Origin: Desulfobacterales bacterium
GTDB taxonomy: Bacteria; Desulfobacterota; Desulfobacteria; Desulfobacterales; UBA5616
Reading direction: 5' to 3'
NCBI GenBank assembly: GCA_046483495.1
Contig: JAWODC010000001.1
Coordinates: 32,001 to 96,000 of the forward strand
DNA: 64,000 nucleotides
Both the position numbers and the translations under genes were made by a program. Positions within the stretch are counted from its first letter, which is position 1, and every line of letters begins with the position of its first letter. Below the pieces are notes generated by a model, which worked only from the letters and a program-made list of their open reading frames with translations, did no database searches and was not told the DNA's origin. This document shows positions 1-10,255 of this stretch, in pieces.

Positions 1-195
1 GTGACGGTGAACCGGGATGCCGTCGCCGAAATTAATCCTGACAGGTGTATCGGCTGCGGTTTATGCGTAAGCACCTGTCCTGAGGGGGCATTGAGCCTGA
101 GGCAAAAGCCGGAAGAAGCATACTGGATTCCGCCGTTAAGTGCACCTGTCATGAGACCGTCAAAAGAAATAGAAGACAGCATCACTTCCGGATGA
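1..195 (+). CDS. 4Fe-4S binding protein, C-terminal part (cut by window edge)
   Basis: CIGCGLCVSTCP ferredoxin motif; ORF runs in from window start. Confidence 0.85.
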   Translation: MTVNRDAVAEINPDRCIGCGLCVSTCPEGALSLRQKPEEAYWIPPLSAPVMRPSKEIEDSITSG

Positions 196-207
196 ACTCA
201 CCTGGAC

Positions 208-573
208 ATGATTTTTATCGGCACCATTCAATTTAATCGCCCCCAACGATTAAATGCGCTTACACTTAATATGTCAAAGCGGTTACTCAAAGAGCTGACA
301 GCCTGGGAAAAGGACGACAACATTCGAACAATCGTCATCACCGGTAGAGGAAGAGCTTTCTGCTCTGGAGCGGATATAAATTCCGATGAAAATAAGGATG
401 ATTTAACAGGAGAAATTGTAAGTGTTCTAAATGCCGTCATTCTTAAAATCAAAGACATTTCCAAACCCGTCATTGCATCCATAAGAGGGTACGCCAGCGG
501 CGCAGGCTTCAGTCTTGTTCTTCCGTGCGGCCTTGCCATCGCTTCCGAAACCGATTTTTTGCATCCCGAATAA
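208..573 (+). pseudogene. Truncated enoyl-CoA hydratase/isomerase (crotonase) fragment
   Basis: NRPQRLNAL, GRAFCSGAD and GYASGAG motifs but stops at 121 aa, about half a crotonase. Confidence 0.75.
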
Positions 574-679
574 AATGCATACATTCCAATGAACAGGGAA
601 TTATATGTGGAGATTCAGAGTGGAAAAATAAAATTTTAGGCATCCGTGGAAAACCGGAAAAAATGTGGGAGGATTCTTT

Positions 680-2323
680 ATGAATGTCGATTCTGAACTG
701 AATATGATGCGCAGATTTTGTGTTGGGGACATATTGAGAAGAGTTTCTTGCAACAAACCTCATAAAACAGCATTTATTTACAGCTACGCAGGGGAAATAA
801 AACGACGCCTTACGTTCAAAGAGTTGAACACCGAGGCAAACAGGTTTGCAAACGCCTTAAAGCAAATGGGGGTTGAAAAAGGAGACCGGATTGCCATCAT
901 TTCATATAACTGTATTCAGTATGTTATTTATGTTTTGGCGCTTGCGAAAATCGGCGCATGGATTACTCCCTTCAATTTTGCATTGAAAGGGAGAGAAATA
1001 AAGGACCTGGTCAATCATAGTGAACCGGTAATGCTTATTGTTGAAGACGATATCACCCGGACCATTCTTGAAATAGCCGATGAACTGCCGAGCATCAAAA
1101 ATTTTATAATGATCGATCTTAACGGCAAAACCCCCCTGCCGAAAACATGGCTGGATTTTGATTCCTTATGTTCAGAACAATATCCCGATGATGAACCAAA
1201 TGAAATTATAACCGGTGACGATGTCTGCTGCCTTATGTACACGAGTGGTACAGAAGCAATGCCCAAGGGCGTCATGAATACACACGGAAACTGGTACGCA
1301 ACCCTGCTGAGTGGTCTTACGGATTTTGGCCGGCTCATGTCCGAAGATTCACTTGCTCTTGGCGTGGCGCCCTTTTTCCATGTCGCGGGCATTTCCGCCA
1401 TTCTTGGATATGTAAATATCGGTGCGACAACCGTCCTGCTCCATCGCCCGGACCCCGACCTGGTGATGAAGGCCTTCAGAAGCTTTAAATTTACAGATGC
1501 CAATCTTGCCCCAACCGTACTTGCAAATTTACTGAACATGCCCGAGGGCGAAAAGTTAATCAGGTCTCTTTTCGGGTCACTGAGGTACGCGACCCTCTAC
1601 GGGAGCCCCACAAATGACGCCATGATGAAAAAAATCATGGACCTGTTGCCGAACACCTCGTTTCAGAATTATTATGGGCAATCGGAATTGACGCCGCTCG
1701 GCACAACACTTACGTCAAAAGACCTTTTACGAAAAATGAAAGAATCCAACCAGCGGTTCAATGGGGCAGAGGCCATCGGGCAGTCTCATGCCATGGTTGA
1801 GATGAAAATCGTCGACTCGAATGATGATGAACTGCCTCCTGGAGAAACCGGTGAAATGGTGGCACGGGGCCCTTCCGTTATGCTTGGATATTACAAGGAA
1901 GAGGAAAAAACCGATGCAACTTTCAAAAACGGCTGGCACCACACGGGGGATTTGGCCGTTATGGATGAAGAACGCTTTTACTATTTCGTGGACCGAAAGA
2001 AAGATATTATCAAATCGGGGGCCGAAAACATATCCTCTGTAGAGATCGAACAGTGGATAGCCACCCACCCAAAAGTGGGGGAATGCTGCGTTTTGGGTCT
2101 TTACCACCCCAAATGGGTAGAAGCCGTCACAGCTTTTGTAGTACCCCAGCAATCCGAAAAAATAACATCTGAAGAAATAAGGGCGTTTTGCAAGGAGGGG
2201 CTTGCCGGCTATAAGGTTCCAAAGAAAGTAATAATTTTAGACGAAATCCCTAAGCTTCCAAGTGGTAAATTTCTAAAGCGGGATTTAAAATCAGCATATC
2301 AACATCTATATGAAGACGTTTAG
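680..2323 (+). CDS. Acyl-CoA synthetase (AMP-binding, long-chain fatty acid-CoA ligase-like)
   Basis: YTSGTEAMPKG, YGQSE, GWHHTGD, C-terminal SGK; GGAGG RBS before ATG 680. Confidence 0.92.
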   Translation: MNVDSELNMMRRFCVGDILRRVSCNKPHKTAFIYSYAGEIKRRLTFKELNTEANRFANALKQMGVEKGDRIAIISYNCIQYVIYVLALAKIGAWITPFNFALKGREIKDLVNHSEPVMLIVEDDITRTILEIADELPSIKNFIMIDLNGKTPLPKTWLDFDSLCSEQYPDDEPNEIITGDDVCCLMYTSGTEAMPKGVMNTHGNWYATLLSGLTDFGRLMSEDSLALGVAPFFHVAGISAILGYVNIGATTVLLHRPDPDLVMKAFRSFKFTDANLAPTVLANLLNMPEGEKLIRSLFGSLRYATLYGSPTNDAMMKKIMDLLPNTSFQNYYGQSELTPLGTTLTSKDLLRKMKESNQRFNGAEAIGQSHAMVEMKIVDSNDDELPPGETGEMVARGPSVMLGYYKEEEKTDATFKNGWHHTGDLAVMDEERFYYFVDRKKDIIKSGAENISSVEIEQWIATHPKVGECCVLGLYHPKWVEAVTAFVVPQQSEKITSEEIRAFCKEGLAGYKVPKKVIILDEIPKLPSGKFLKRDLKSAYQHLYEDV

Positions 2324-2363
2324 ATGGCGTTCCTGATAACAATATCTCTGGAAGGTATGTACG

Positions 2364-3872
2364 ATGAAGCGAGAAAGCCACAGTTATGATGCCGTTATTA
2401 TCGGCGCCGGTATCGGGGGATTGATCACCGGCGCCATACTTGCCACAAAAGAAGACTGGAAAATACTTGTGCTCGAACAGTCCGATGTTATCGGAGGAAA
2501 ATGCTATTCATTTGAGCACTTCGATGGTGATGAAGACACCTTTAGAAATAGGCTGCTTCTAAATGCCCGAAGCAGACTGCTGCAGTCAAACCCACCACTT
2601 GACCACCTGATAAAAACCAAAACTTTTTCGTCCTATATATTTGAAGGAGGATATCACGCCATACAGGGTGGCGATAGAAGCCGCGTCTCTTTTATATCAG
2701 CCGCATTAGGGGCGGATCTGCCGGTACATAACAGCAGGGGGGTTCGCATATACGGCAACGGCAAATGGAACGACCTCCGCTACCTGATGAGAAACTGGAC
2801 TCCCGATGAATTCAAAGAGGGAAATAGAATTTCGAGGGAAATGGCTTTGATGTCGCCGCAGGAGGCTGCATGCTATGATCACATCGATCTCTCTTCGTAT
2901 ATCCGATCGAAAACCCGCAGCAAAAATATACAGGCCTTTCACGAATGGGTTGCGGCATATTCCGTGGGTTTAAATGATCCTGGAATGGTGTCTGCTGGAG
3001 AATATATACGGGCGGGATTAATTATCCAGTGCGCGGGTCGCAGATTCGACAACGGCGGGGCAGGACAACCCGTCGGGGGTTACAATGCCATGACGCGTCT
3101 TTTTGCCCGATTAATTGAAGAAAAAGGAGGGCTCATCAAAACCGGTGCCCCGGTCGTTGAGATTCTTGCCAGGGATTACGTCGCTGTCGGCGTAAGGACG
3201 GCTGATGATGATTACCTTTCCAAATTAATCATATGCAATGTGCCTGTTCAGAGGGCTCTCACCCTCTTACCGGACGATCACTGGCCCGAAGAGCATCGAA
3301 AGCAGGTTGAAACAAAACAGCCCCTTGCAGGTATTCACGGGTGGATCAATGTAAAAAAACAGTTGGATCCCGAATTCGAGGGATTTTATATTGTCCCGCC
3401 GCTACCCGGATGCAGGGCTTCGGACGGTTTTCGGGGGGATGTAACTTGTGCTTTTGAAGACCTCGCCACGCATGATAAAAACAGGGCCCCAGACGGCGAG
3501 GGACTTATCGCTTTTTTTGCTGGACTCCTCCCGCGCAATCCCGATGAAATACATAATAAAGAACTGCAGAATAAAATAATCAACGGTCTCTTTTCATTTT
3601 TCAGGGAAGAGTGTCCTGATTTTGATAAGAATGTCAACTGGTATACAATTCTGGCCGGTGAAGAGTTCTATAGTGTCTCCACAACACCAGGAATGATTGG
3701 AGATCGATTCTTGCCGATTAAACATCCCCTTGTCAAAAATCTTTTTTTTACGGGAGACAGCGTCGAAAGCTGGGGGTTGGGGATCAACTTTGCCGCAGGT
3801 AGTGCGGTCCGCTGTGCTTCAGCTGCATCAGGAAAAAATTATTCAACGATACTGCCTTTCTACATGAGATAG
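2364..3872 (+). CDS. NAD(P)/FAD-dependent oxidoreductase, phytoene desaturase/amine oxidase-like
   Basis: IIGAGIGGL, E..D.IGG, C-terminal NLFFTGD. Confidence 0.8.
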   Translation: MKRESHSYDAVIIGAGIGGLITGAILATKEDWKILVLEQSDVIGGKCYSFEHFDGDEDTFRNRLLLNARSRLLQSNPPLDHLIKTKTFSSYIFEGGYHAIQGGDRSRVSFISAALGADLPVHNSRGVRIYGNGKWNDLRYLMRNWTPDEFKEGNRISREMALMSPQEAACYDHIDLSSYIRSKTRSKNIQAFHEWVAAYSVGLNDPGMVSAGEYIRAGLIIQCAGRRFDNGGAGQPVGGYNAMTRLFARLIEEKGGLIKTGAPVVEILARDYVAVGVRTADDDYLSKLIICNVPVQRALTLLPDDHWPEEHRKQVETKQPLAGIHGWINVKKQLDPEFEGFYIVPPLPGCRASDGFRGDVTCAFEDLATHDKNRAPDGEGLIAFFAGLLPRNPDEIHNKELQNKIINGLFSFFREECPDFDKNVNWYTILAGEEFYSVSTTPGMIGDRFLPIKHPLVKNLFFTGDSVESWGLGINFAAGSAVRCASAASGKNYSTILPFYMR

Positions 3873-4002
3873 AGTTAACTTTACGCAACCAATTATCCTT
3901 TTGTTTGTCGGGAGAGCTGCTTCTTACAGGCTTTAATGTTTTCCGGCCCTTTAGACTGAAACTTGGGTTCTTTCAAAAAATCATTCCAGGAGAGTTAAAA
4001 CA

Positions 4003-4794
4003 ATGGTCTATGAAACGATAACCTATATAAAAGAAAGGCAAGTCGCTGTTATTACACTCAATCGTCCTCAAAGACGAAACGCTTGGAATTATCGAATGCG
4101 CGACGAGGTGACCAGCGCTATCGAGGCCATCACCGACGATACGGAAATTCGTGTTTTGATCTTGACCGGAGCGGGTCCCAGCTTCTGTTCAGGAGCGGAT
4201 GTCACCGATCTTATTGCGCCGGCGGTTGAACAAAGCGATATAGACCGGCTTCCGCTGGATAAGAATGTCGTCTGGATAGCGGCTCAGCTCCGAAATCTGG
4301 AAATACCCATTATCGCAGCTATAAACGGTCCCGCCGTAGGCCTCGGCCTTTCTCTTGCTTTGGCCGCAGATATTCGAATCGCGTCGGAAAGAGCCACTTT
4401 CTCTCTTGCTTTTATCAAGAGAGGATTCGTACCGGATACTGGAGCTACATTTTTTCTGTCGCGATTGATCGGGACGGGGCGAGCGTGTGAGTTTGTCTTC
4501 ACCGGGGATTCAATACCCGCCGAAAAAGCCGAACAAATCGGAATGGTCAATTCGGTCGTTCCGCATGACAATCTTCTAAAGTCAGCAAAAGATTTAGCCG
4601 CAAGAATCGCCGGCAACCCACCGATAGCAATAAAACTGGCAAAAACCGCTATCTATCGGGGCGCAGAATCAGATCTTTTTTCCCAGCTTAAACACGAGCT
4701 GTTATCCAACAAAGTCGTACTGAGGACAGAGGATTATAAAGAAGCGATGGCCGCTTACATGGAAAAGAGAGAACCTGTTTTCAAGGGGCGATAA
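4003..4794 (+). CDS. Enoyl-CoA hydratase/isomerase family protein (PaaG-like signature)
   Basis: FCSGAD, AVGLG, AFIKRGFVPDTG; lacks the two hydratase Glu residues. Confidence 0.88.
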   Translation: MVYETITYIKERQVAVITLNRPQRRNAWNYRMRDEVTSAIEAITDDTEIRVLILTGAGPSFCSGADVTDLIAPAVEQSDIDRLPLDKNVVWIAAQLRNLEIPIIAAINGPAVGLGLSLALAADIRIASERATFSLAFIKRGFVPDTGATFFLSRLIGTGRACEFVFTGDSIPAEKAEQIGMVNSVVPHDNLLKSAKDLAARIAGNPPIAIKLAKTAIYRGAESDLFSQLKHELLSNKVVLRTEDYKEAMAAYMEKREPVFKGR

Positions 4795-5034
4795 TTCATT
4801 GAAGCAGCCGCAGTGAAAAGCCCGAACCGCCTTGCCGTGGGAAGAAGGCCATCATATGATCGAAGAATTTACGATGCCGGGCACCACAGTGCTTTCTATC
4901 CAAGTGCCATTTATCTTGGCACCGGCAAATTCAGGCTTGTTCCGGGGACTGATACACTGGACGATGATGCCATCCTCGAATCCCGAAAGCTCGCGGAAAG
5001 GCTAAACGGTATTTAAAAACGGATACAAATACAA

Positions 5035-6633
5035 TTATAGACCGGCAGCATGATTTGCCGACCTGTATCCAAAAACCACTCCTTGTCCCAATGTTCCGCC
5101 GGCACCGGGATAAATATTTCCAAGAAATGCTGCTGCGGCATTTCCTGCTGCATACAAACCCGAGACTGTTCCGCCGTTTTCCAATTGTACGCGGCCGAAT
5201 TCATCGGTTATCGGCCCCATTTTAGTCCCTAAACATCCCGGGTAAACGCGAACCGCCTGAAATGGCGGCTCCACACGTTCTATGTTGGGGTGTGCTTCCC
5301 TGAATCGATCGCCCATGTACCGGTCGTAAGGGCTCTCACCTCGATGAAAATCGTCATCTCTTTCTCGTACGGCCATTTCATTCCAGTGCTCCAGTGTAGC
5401 CTTCAAATTCTCGGCAGGCACCCCGATTTTCCCCGCGAGTTCTTCTATTCCTTTGGACTTGTTCATGTAGGATTTGGCGGGTTGAAAAGGTGAAGTGACG
5501 CCACGGATATAATGTTTGACATAATAGTTCCCCCAAATAAGCCACACCCGATTCAGCATGGGATCCTCATCCAGCGCAAGAATGCCTCCCACGGAATTAT
5601 AACAGGCAGATTCGTTGGTGAACCGTTTACCATCAGAGTTTACCATGATACCACCCGGCCACGCCCTGTCATAAAGCATGGGGTGGTAGGCCCACAGGTC
5701 CGGACCCGGTTTCGAATCGTTCTCATCATAAATTTTCATAATCGGCACCCACCAGCAATAAGGATTGCCGATTTTTAACCCGGCCTCCAATGCCAGCTGC
5801 AAACCGCCCCCTGTATCACATGCCTCCGGTGCAACACTCAAGAATGGTCTGACGGCGGCCAAACGGTTTGTCAATTCCGGGTTGTGGGAAAATCCGCCGC
5901 AAGCAATGACAATGATTGGAGCATCCGTTTTTTTACCGTTAATTACGGCACCCTGTACTTGTCCATTTTGTATGAGAAGTCCTTCAGTTTTACAATTCAG
6001 GGCGATGTGAACACCCGCATTCAGGCAGGCTTCCACCAAAAAACCAATAAACGCGCGCCCCATTGTCTGGTGGCCGAGCATTTTCCGTTTCGCCAGCAAT
6101 GTCTTGTCCCAATTGAGAATGCGGTGGGGGCCCCAGTCCATAGCCTCCCTCACGGAAAAAGGTGGGAAAAAATGAGGCACTTGCCGAATCAGTTTTCGAA
6201 CCCGTTTGGGCCCCGTGTACGTGTCAGGAGAAACGGAATGACCGTACCCGGATCCCTGGATCTCCATGTAATAATCAGGATAATCCGATATGGCCTCCAT
6301 TTTCAAACCGCTTGACAGCATAAACTCCAATGCACGAGGAGAATCCGTCAAAAAGCCGTCAAGGGAGGGTTCATGTATCTGTGGAAAAGCGTTTTTAAGG
6401 TAAATTCTCGCTTTTTCGGCATCCCGCTCCGGATTGTTCATAAACTGGTGTCCCGGCAGCCAGCAGACGCCTCCACTATAAGACGTACTGCCCCCTAACA
6501 GATCGGATTGTTCGATTAGCCAGACTGACCAATCTTTTTTAAGTCGCTTCAGTCGTAAAGCGGCAACCAATCCCGCACCTCCCGATCCGATAACAACTGC
6601 ATCACATTTTGCCGGTATCGCTTCTTTAATCAT
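5035..6633 (-). CDS. FAD-binding dehydrogenase, 3-ketosteroid dehydrogenase (KstD)-like
   Basis: GSGGAG, GGSTSYSGG..WLP, DFHRGESPYD, GLYAAGN, YPGAGGTLG. Confidence 0.8.
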   Translation of the reverse strand: MIKEAIPAKCDAVVIGSGGAGLVAALRLKRLKKDWSVWLIEQSDLLGGSTSYSGGVCWLPGHQFMNNPERDAEKARIYLKNAFPQIHEPSLDGFLTDSPRALEFMLSSGLKMEAISDYPDYYMEIQGSGYGHSVSPDTYTGPKRVRKLIRQVPHFFPPFSVREAMDWGPHRILNWDKTLLAKRKMLGHQTMGRAFIGFLVEACLNAGVHIALNCKTEGLLIQNGQVQGAVINGKKTDAPIIVIACGGFSHNPELTNRLAAVRPFLSVAPEACDTGGGLQLALEAGLKIGNPYCWWVPIMKIYDENDSKPGPDLWAYHPMLYDRAWPGGIMVNSDGKRFTNESACYNSVGGILALDEDPMLNRVWLIWGNYYVKHYIRGVTSPFQPAKSYMNKSKGIEELAGKIGVPAENLKATLEHWNEMAVRERDDDFHRGESPYDRYMGDRFREAHPNIERVEPPFQAVRVYPGCLGTKMGPITDEFGRVQLENGGTVSGLYAAGNAAAAFLGNIYPGAGGTLGQGVVFGYRSANHAAGL

Positions 6634-6727
6634 GAAAAACCTCCTTTTTACCTGAACAGCCTAAACCGGTATATGCGTCCGTTTTCAGTCAAGTCCAAAA
6701 TTTCGGCTGCAATTGCGGACGCAGGCA

Positions 6728-7597
6728 TCATTTCAAATTTGGCACCTTTGATTTTATAATCTGCATTATTTTTTCAGCAAGTTCGACCGGATTCCCCTCC
6801 AGCAAACGTGTTTCTTTCTTAATAGGTCCGGACATCATCATGTCCATCCGTTCATCTGCCGAGAGTTCGCTATTGAATACAAACTGCTTTTTCGGCCGGG
6901 GTCTGGGGAGGGAATAGTGAACGAAACTTTTTGCCGATTTTAATTTATGGATGGATTCCTCGGATTCCAATTCTTTAAAATCGATACGTTTTACATCGGA
7001 ACGGGCGGCGTGCATAATGTCCGGTAGTGTTACATAACGAGGACTTTCGGCTTCGGGCTCTATGCTAACCACGGCTGGAAGGCGGCAGTCAAGGGCCACC
7101 CGCCTTCCCCTTTCAAGCTTTCGTTCAACCCTCATCTGCTTGCAAACCGGATACAATTCCCAGGCTGTAATTCCGGTCAGCTGTGGAAAATCAAGCCATT
7201 CTGCCAAAAAAGCAGGAATTTCCGACTCATTGTTGTCCAGAGATCTGCTTCCGCAAACGACGATATCCGGAATTAACGGCTTGATTATCCGTGACAGCGC
7301 GTGAGCCACGATTCGGGAATCGGGCATTGCCTCTTCACAGAGTATGTGAATCGCCTCGTCTCCTCCAAATGCCATGGATTTGCGAAGGGCACGTTCAACT
7401 CGAGAAGGACCGAGTGAAATATAGATGATTTGCCCGTTCGTGGCCTCCTTCATTTTGAGTGCCGCCTCGGCCGCGCACAGATCGGCCGGATTTACAATAT
7501 AAAACAGATCGTCCAGCGCTATCTCACACGTTTCAGAATCCAGATCGAAAGGAAATGCAACATCCACCACCTGTTTTATACAAACCACTATCTTCAA
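6728..7597 (-). CDS. fixA: Electron transfer flavoprotein beta subunit (FixA-like)
   Basis: KIVVCIKQV, VNPAD, LDFPQLT, PRY; TTG start after AGGAG. Confidence 0.82.
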   Translation of the reverse strand: MKIVVCIKQVVDVAFPFDLDSETCEIALDDLFYIVNPADLCAAEAALKMKEATNGQIIYISLGPSRVERALRKSMAFGGDEAIHILCEEAMPDSRIVAHALSRIIKPLIPDIVVCGSRSLDNNESEIPAFLAEWLDFPQLTGITAWELYPVCKQMRVERKLERGRRVALDCRLPAVVSIEPEAESPRYVTLPDIMHAARSDVKRIDFKELESEESIHKLKSAKSFVHYSLPRPRPKKQFVFNSELSADERMDMMMSGPIKKETRLLEGNPVELAEKIMQIIKSKVPNLK

Positions 7598-7613
7598 GAA
7601 AACCGCTCCTTTT

Positions 7614-7886
7614 TCATCCGTAGCGATAACAAACCCCAAAACCCCCTCTTGGAAAATTCCATTCCAGGGCATTCATCGGGCATACGATGCGGCAGGTGCC
7701 GCATTCAACGCAATTTTCCCATGTAAAAAGGACTTCATCATTTTCCATGCGATAGCACTGAACGGGGCAAGCGGTAAGGCAAGGTCTTTCCTTGCACGTC
7801 GAACATAGAACCTTGTTGAGCCGGATGTGAGCATTCATCGGATCGACCAAAAATCTGGTTTTAAAAAGCTTCTCTTCTATGCTCAT
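7614..7886 (-). CDS. fixX: Ferredoxin-like protein FixX
   Basis: CSTC..PCLTACP, CVECGTCRIVCP, W.FPRGGFGV.YRYG; ATGA overlap with fixC stop. Confidence 0.92.
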   Translation of the reverse strand: MSIEEKLFKTRFLVDPMNAHIRLNKVLCSTCKERPCLTACPVQCYRMENDEVLFTWENCVECGTCRIVCPMNALEWNFPRGGFGVCYRYG

Positions 7887-9181
7887 CCTAAAGCCCTCCA
7901 TGCGCTGTATACATCTTTGAGAATTCGAGTCCTGGAAAGGCGGCCATTTATTCGTTCTCTGAAAACAGTTCCGATTCCTTTACGGGAACCCGGTTCCACA
8001 CTGAATAGCCCTTCAGCCAGACCGTTCGTCAACTCGGGGTATTCTTTATACAGGCGCCGGTTTTTAAAAAAATCCGGTGCATGCCTAAATTTTTTAAGAT
8101 CTTCAAGCAAGCCGTACTTTTCCAAGTATTCATGATACAGATGGAGATTCTTGGCGGTATAACCGCCCTGCCCCGCAGCTTTTATAATGGCTTCGGCCGC
8201 TGCTCGTCCTGAGGTAATCGCCGGATTTGCACCCTCAAGACGCAATCCCGTATTCAAGGTAAACCCGGCGGCATCCCCGGTTATCAGCAGTCCGTCGGCA
8301 TAGAAATTGTTTTTTGAACAGAATTTTGGTTCCGGAATTAAATGGGCCAGGTATTCACTAGGCTCGGAATCTTTTACATAGGGTTGAACCAGTGGATGCC
8401 GTTTAAATTTTTCCAGCAAGTCTGGAGTATTGAGCCTGCTCCGAACCAGATATGCAAGATTAACGACAATGCCGACCGAAATGGAATCTTTATTCGTATA
8501 GATGAAAGCGCCGCCGGGAACATTATCCGTGACATCACCTATATACAGGTGTGCAGCCCCCTCATTATCCGAAAGGTTAAAATTTTTCTTCAGGGCTTTT
8601 TCAGAAATCGACAGAATTTCTTTGACGCCCAGATATGTTTCATCTTCGCACAATTCACCAAGAAGTTCGGCCTTTCTTCGAACAATCGTATTTACACCAT
8701 CGGCAGCAACAACGACATCGGCGATAATTTCGCCGTTATCCCGGCCGGTTCGTACGCCGACAATTTTATTGTTTTCGTAAAGCAGATCTTCAACCAGGGT
8801 TTCGGTAACAAGAACGGCGCCGGCCTCTTGCACGACATCGGCATACCATTGGTCAAACCGGGCACGTAGAACCGTAAAGGCATTGTAAGGGGGCATGTTG
8901 TACTGCAGGTTTTCATAATTCAGGGAAATTTTTGATCCTCCCCTTAAAAAACTGGCATTCCAATGCATGACCGGCCTTTCCACCGGGGCTTTTTCCCAAA
9001 ATTCTGGTATGATTTCATTTAGTTCGCGGCAATAAAGAACGCCTCCGAACATATTTTTTGAACCGGGGTACTGACCCCTTTCGACAACCACAACACTCAT
9101 TCCGGACCGGGCCAAAATCAGCGCCGCGGTGAGTCCGGCCGGTCCGGCACCGATAATGACACAATCGAACTTTTCAGCCAC
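7883..9181 (-). CDS. fixC: FixC-type ETF:quinone oxidoreductase flavoprotein
   Basis: GAGPAG, ERGQYPGSKNMFGG, WEKAPVER, GDAAG; adjacent fixX. Confidence 0.92.
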   Translation of the reverse strand: MAEKFDCVIIGAGPAGLTAALILARSGMSVVVVERGQYPGSKNMFGGVLYCRELNEIIPEFWEKAPVERPVMHWNASFLRGGSKISLNYENLQYNMPPYNAFTVLRARFDQWYADVVQEAGAVLVTETLVEDLLYENNKIVGVRTGRDNGEIIADVVVAADGVNTIVRRKAELLGELCEDETYLGVKEILSISEKALKKNFNLSDNEGAAHLYIGDVTDNVPGGAFIYTNKDSISVGIVVNLAYLVRSRLNTPDLLEKFKRHPLVQPYVKDSEPSEYLAHLIPEPKFCSKNNFYADGLLITGDAAGFTLNTGLRLEGANPAITSGRAAAEAIIKAAGQGGYTAKNLHLYHEYLEKYGLLEDLKKFRHAPDFFKNRRLYKEYPELTNGLAEGLFSVEPGSRKGIGTVFRERINGRLSRTRILKDVYSAWRALG

Positions 9182-9210
9182 GATACACTTCCTGTCTTAT
9201 TCTTCCGAAG

Positions 9211-10218
9211 TTAGCTGTTTTCCTCGGAATGTTGGAGTTCTTTTTTAAGCCGTTCCGCCAGCAGCGGAATGATCTCATTCATGTCCCCCAACACCGACAC
9301 ATCGGCAATGTTAAAAATCGGCGCATTGCGGTCTGTGTTGATCGCTACAATGAATTTTGATTCCCGCATACCCATGGTGAATTGCTGGGCGCCTGAAATA
9401 CCGCAGCACAAGATAAACCCGGGTGAGATGGTTTTGCCGGTCTGTCCGATCTGTCGAACGAACGATATCCATCCCTCATCGACAGCAGCTCTTGAACCGG
9501 CAAGAGATGCATTCATGATTTTTGCCGTTTTTTTAACTTCGGGCAGATAAGACCCTTTCCCAAGCCCCTTTCCCACAGCAAAAACGACGTCTGCTTCAGA
9601 AATGTCGAGTTTTTCTTTTTCAATTCTTCTAAAACCTGCATACATGGTTCTGATCATCTCCGGCTCGAGCATCACTTTCATCCGGATCGTTTCGGAAGTC
9701 CTACCGACGGGAGAAGGATCTACACCAAGGATACCGGGCCGAATAGTGACAATTTGCATTCCTGTTTCGGGACCGGTAAATGCGGCATAAACCCTTCCAC
9801 CATATATGGGCCTGGTCATTTCCAAAGCACCGTTTCCCTGATGTTTGAGAACCGCGCAATCACTTGTTAATCCGCATTGCAGTCGTGCGGCGAGACGGGG
9901 GGCAAGATCTTTACCAAGCGCCGTTGCAGCCATGAGCAAAACCGATGCGTTTCGATGTTTTAGAAAATCTTCAAGCACCTTGCAGTAGCCATCGGTGGAA
10001 TAGTGCGCTAAAAGGGGATGATCCGCAATATATACCTTATCTGCACCGTAACGCTCCAAATCCATGCTCAATTCTTTTATATCATTACCTAAAACAAGTG
10101 CGGAAACAAGCGATTCTGAAAACCCAGATAGTCTGACGGCCTCTCCTATAACTTCCAGCGCAGCCTCCGCGATTCCGTCCTCGTCGTGTTCGATCAGAAC
10201 AAAGATTTCTTTTTTCAT
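9211..10218 (-). CDS. fixB: Electron transfer flavoprotein alpha subunit (FixB-like)
   Basis: SRAAVDEGW, QIGQTGK, GISGA.Q, AINTD. Confidence 0.88.
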   Translation of the reverse strand: MKKEIFVLIEHDEDGIAEAALEVIGEAVRLSGFSESLVSALVLGNDIKELSMDLERYGADKVYIADHPLLAHYSTDGYCKVLEDFLKHRNASVLLMAATALGKDLAPRLAARLQCGLTSDCAVLKHQGNGALEMTRPIYGGRVYAAFTGPETGMQIVTIRPGILGVDPSPVGRTSETIRMKVMLEPEMIRTMYAGFRRIEKEKLDISEADVVFAVGKGLGKGSYLPEVKKTAKIMNASLAGSRAAVDEGWISFVRQIGQTGKTISPGFILCCGISGAQQFTMGMRESKFIVAINTDRNAPIFNIADVSVLGDMNEIIPLLAERLKKELQHSEENS

Positions 10219-10255
10219 AATTCTCAAGTGCGTTAATTCATTAAACACTATTCGG

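Noticed and set aside
4813..5016. 67-aa ORF with a faintly flavodoxin-like C-terminus
   Set aside because: No convincing RBS or motif; lies between converging genes; at most a remnant
6674..6723. TGCGTCCG...CGGACGCA inverted repeat as a REP or MITE
   Set aside because: Only one copy noticed; probably an ordinary intergenic stem-loop
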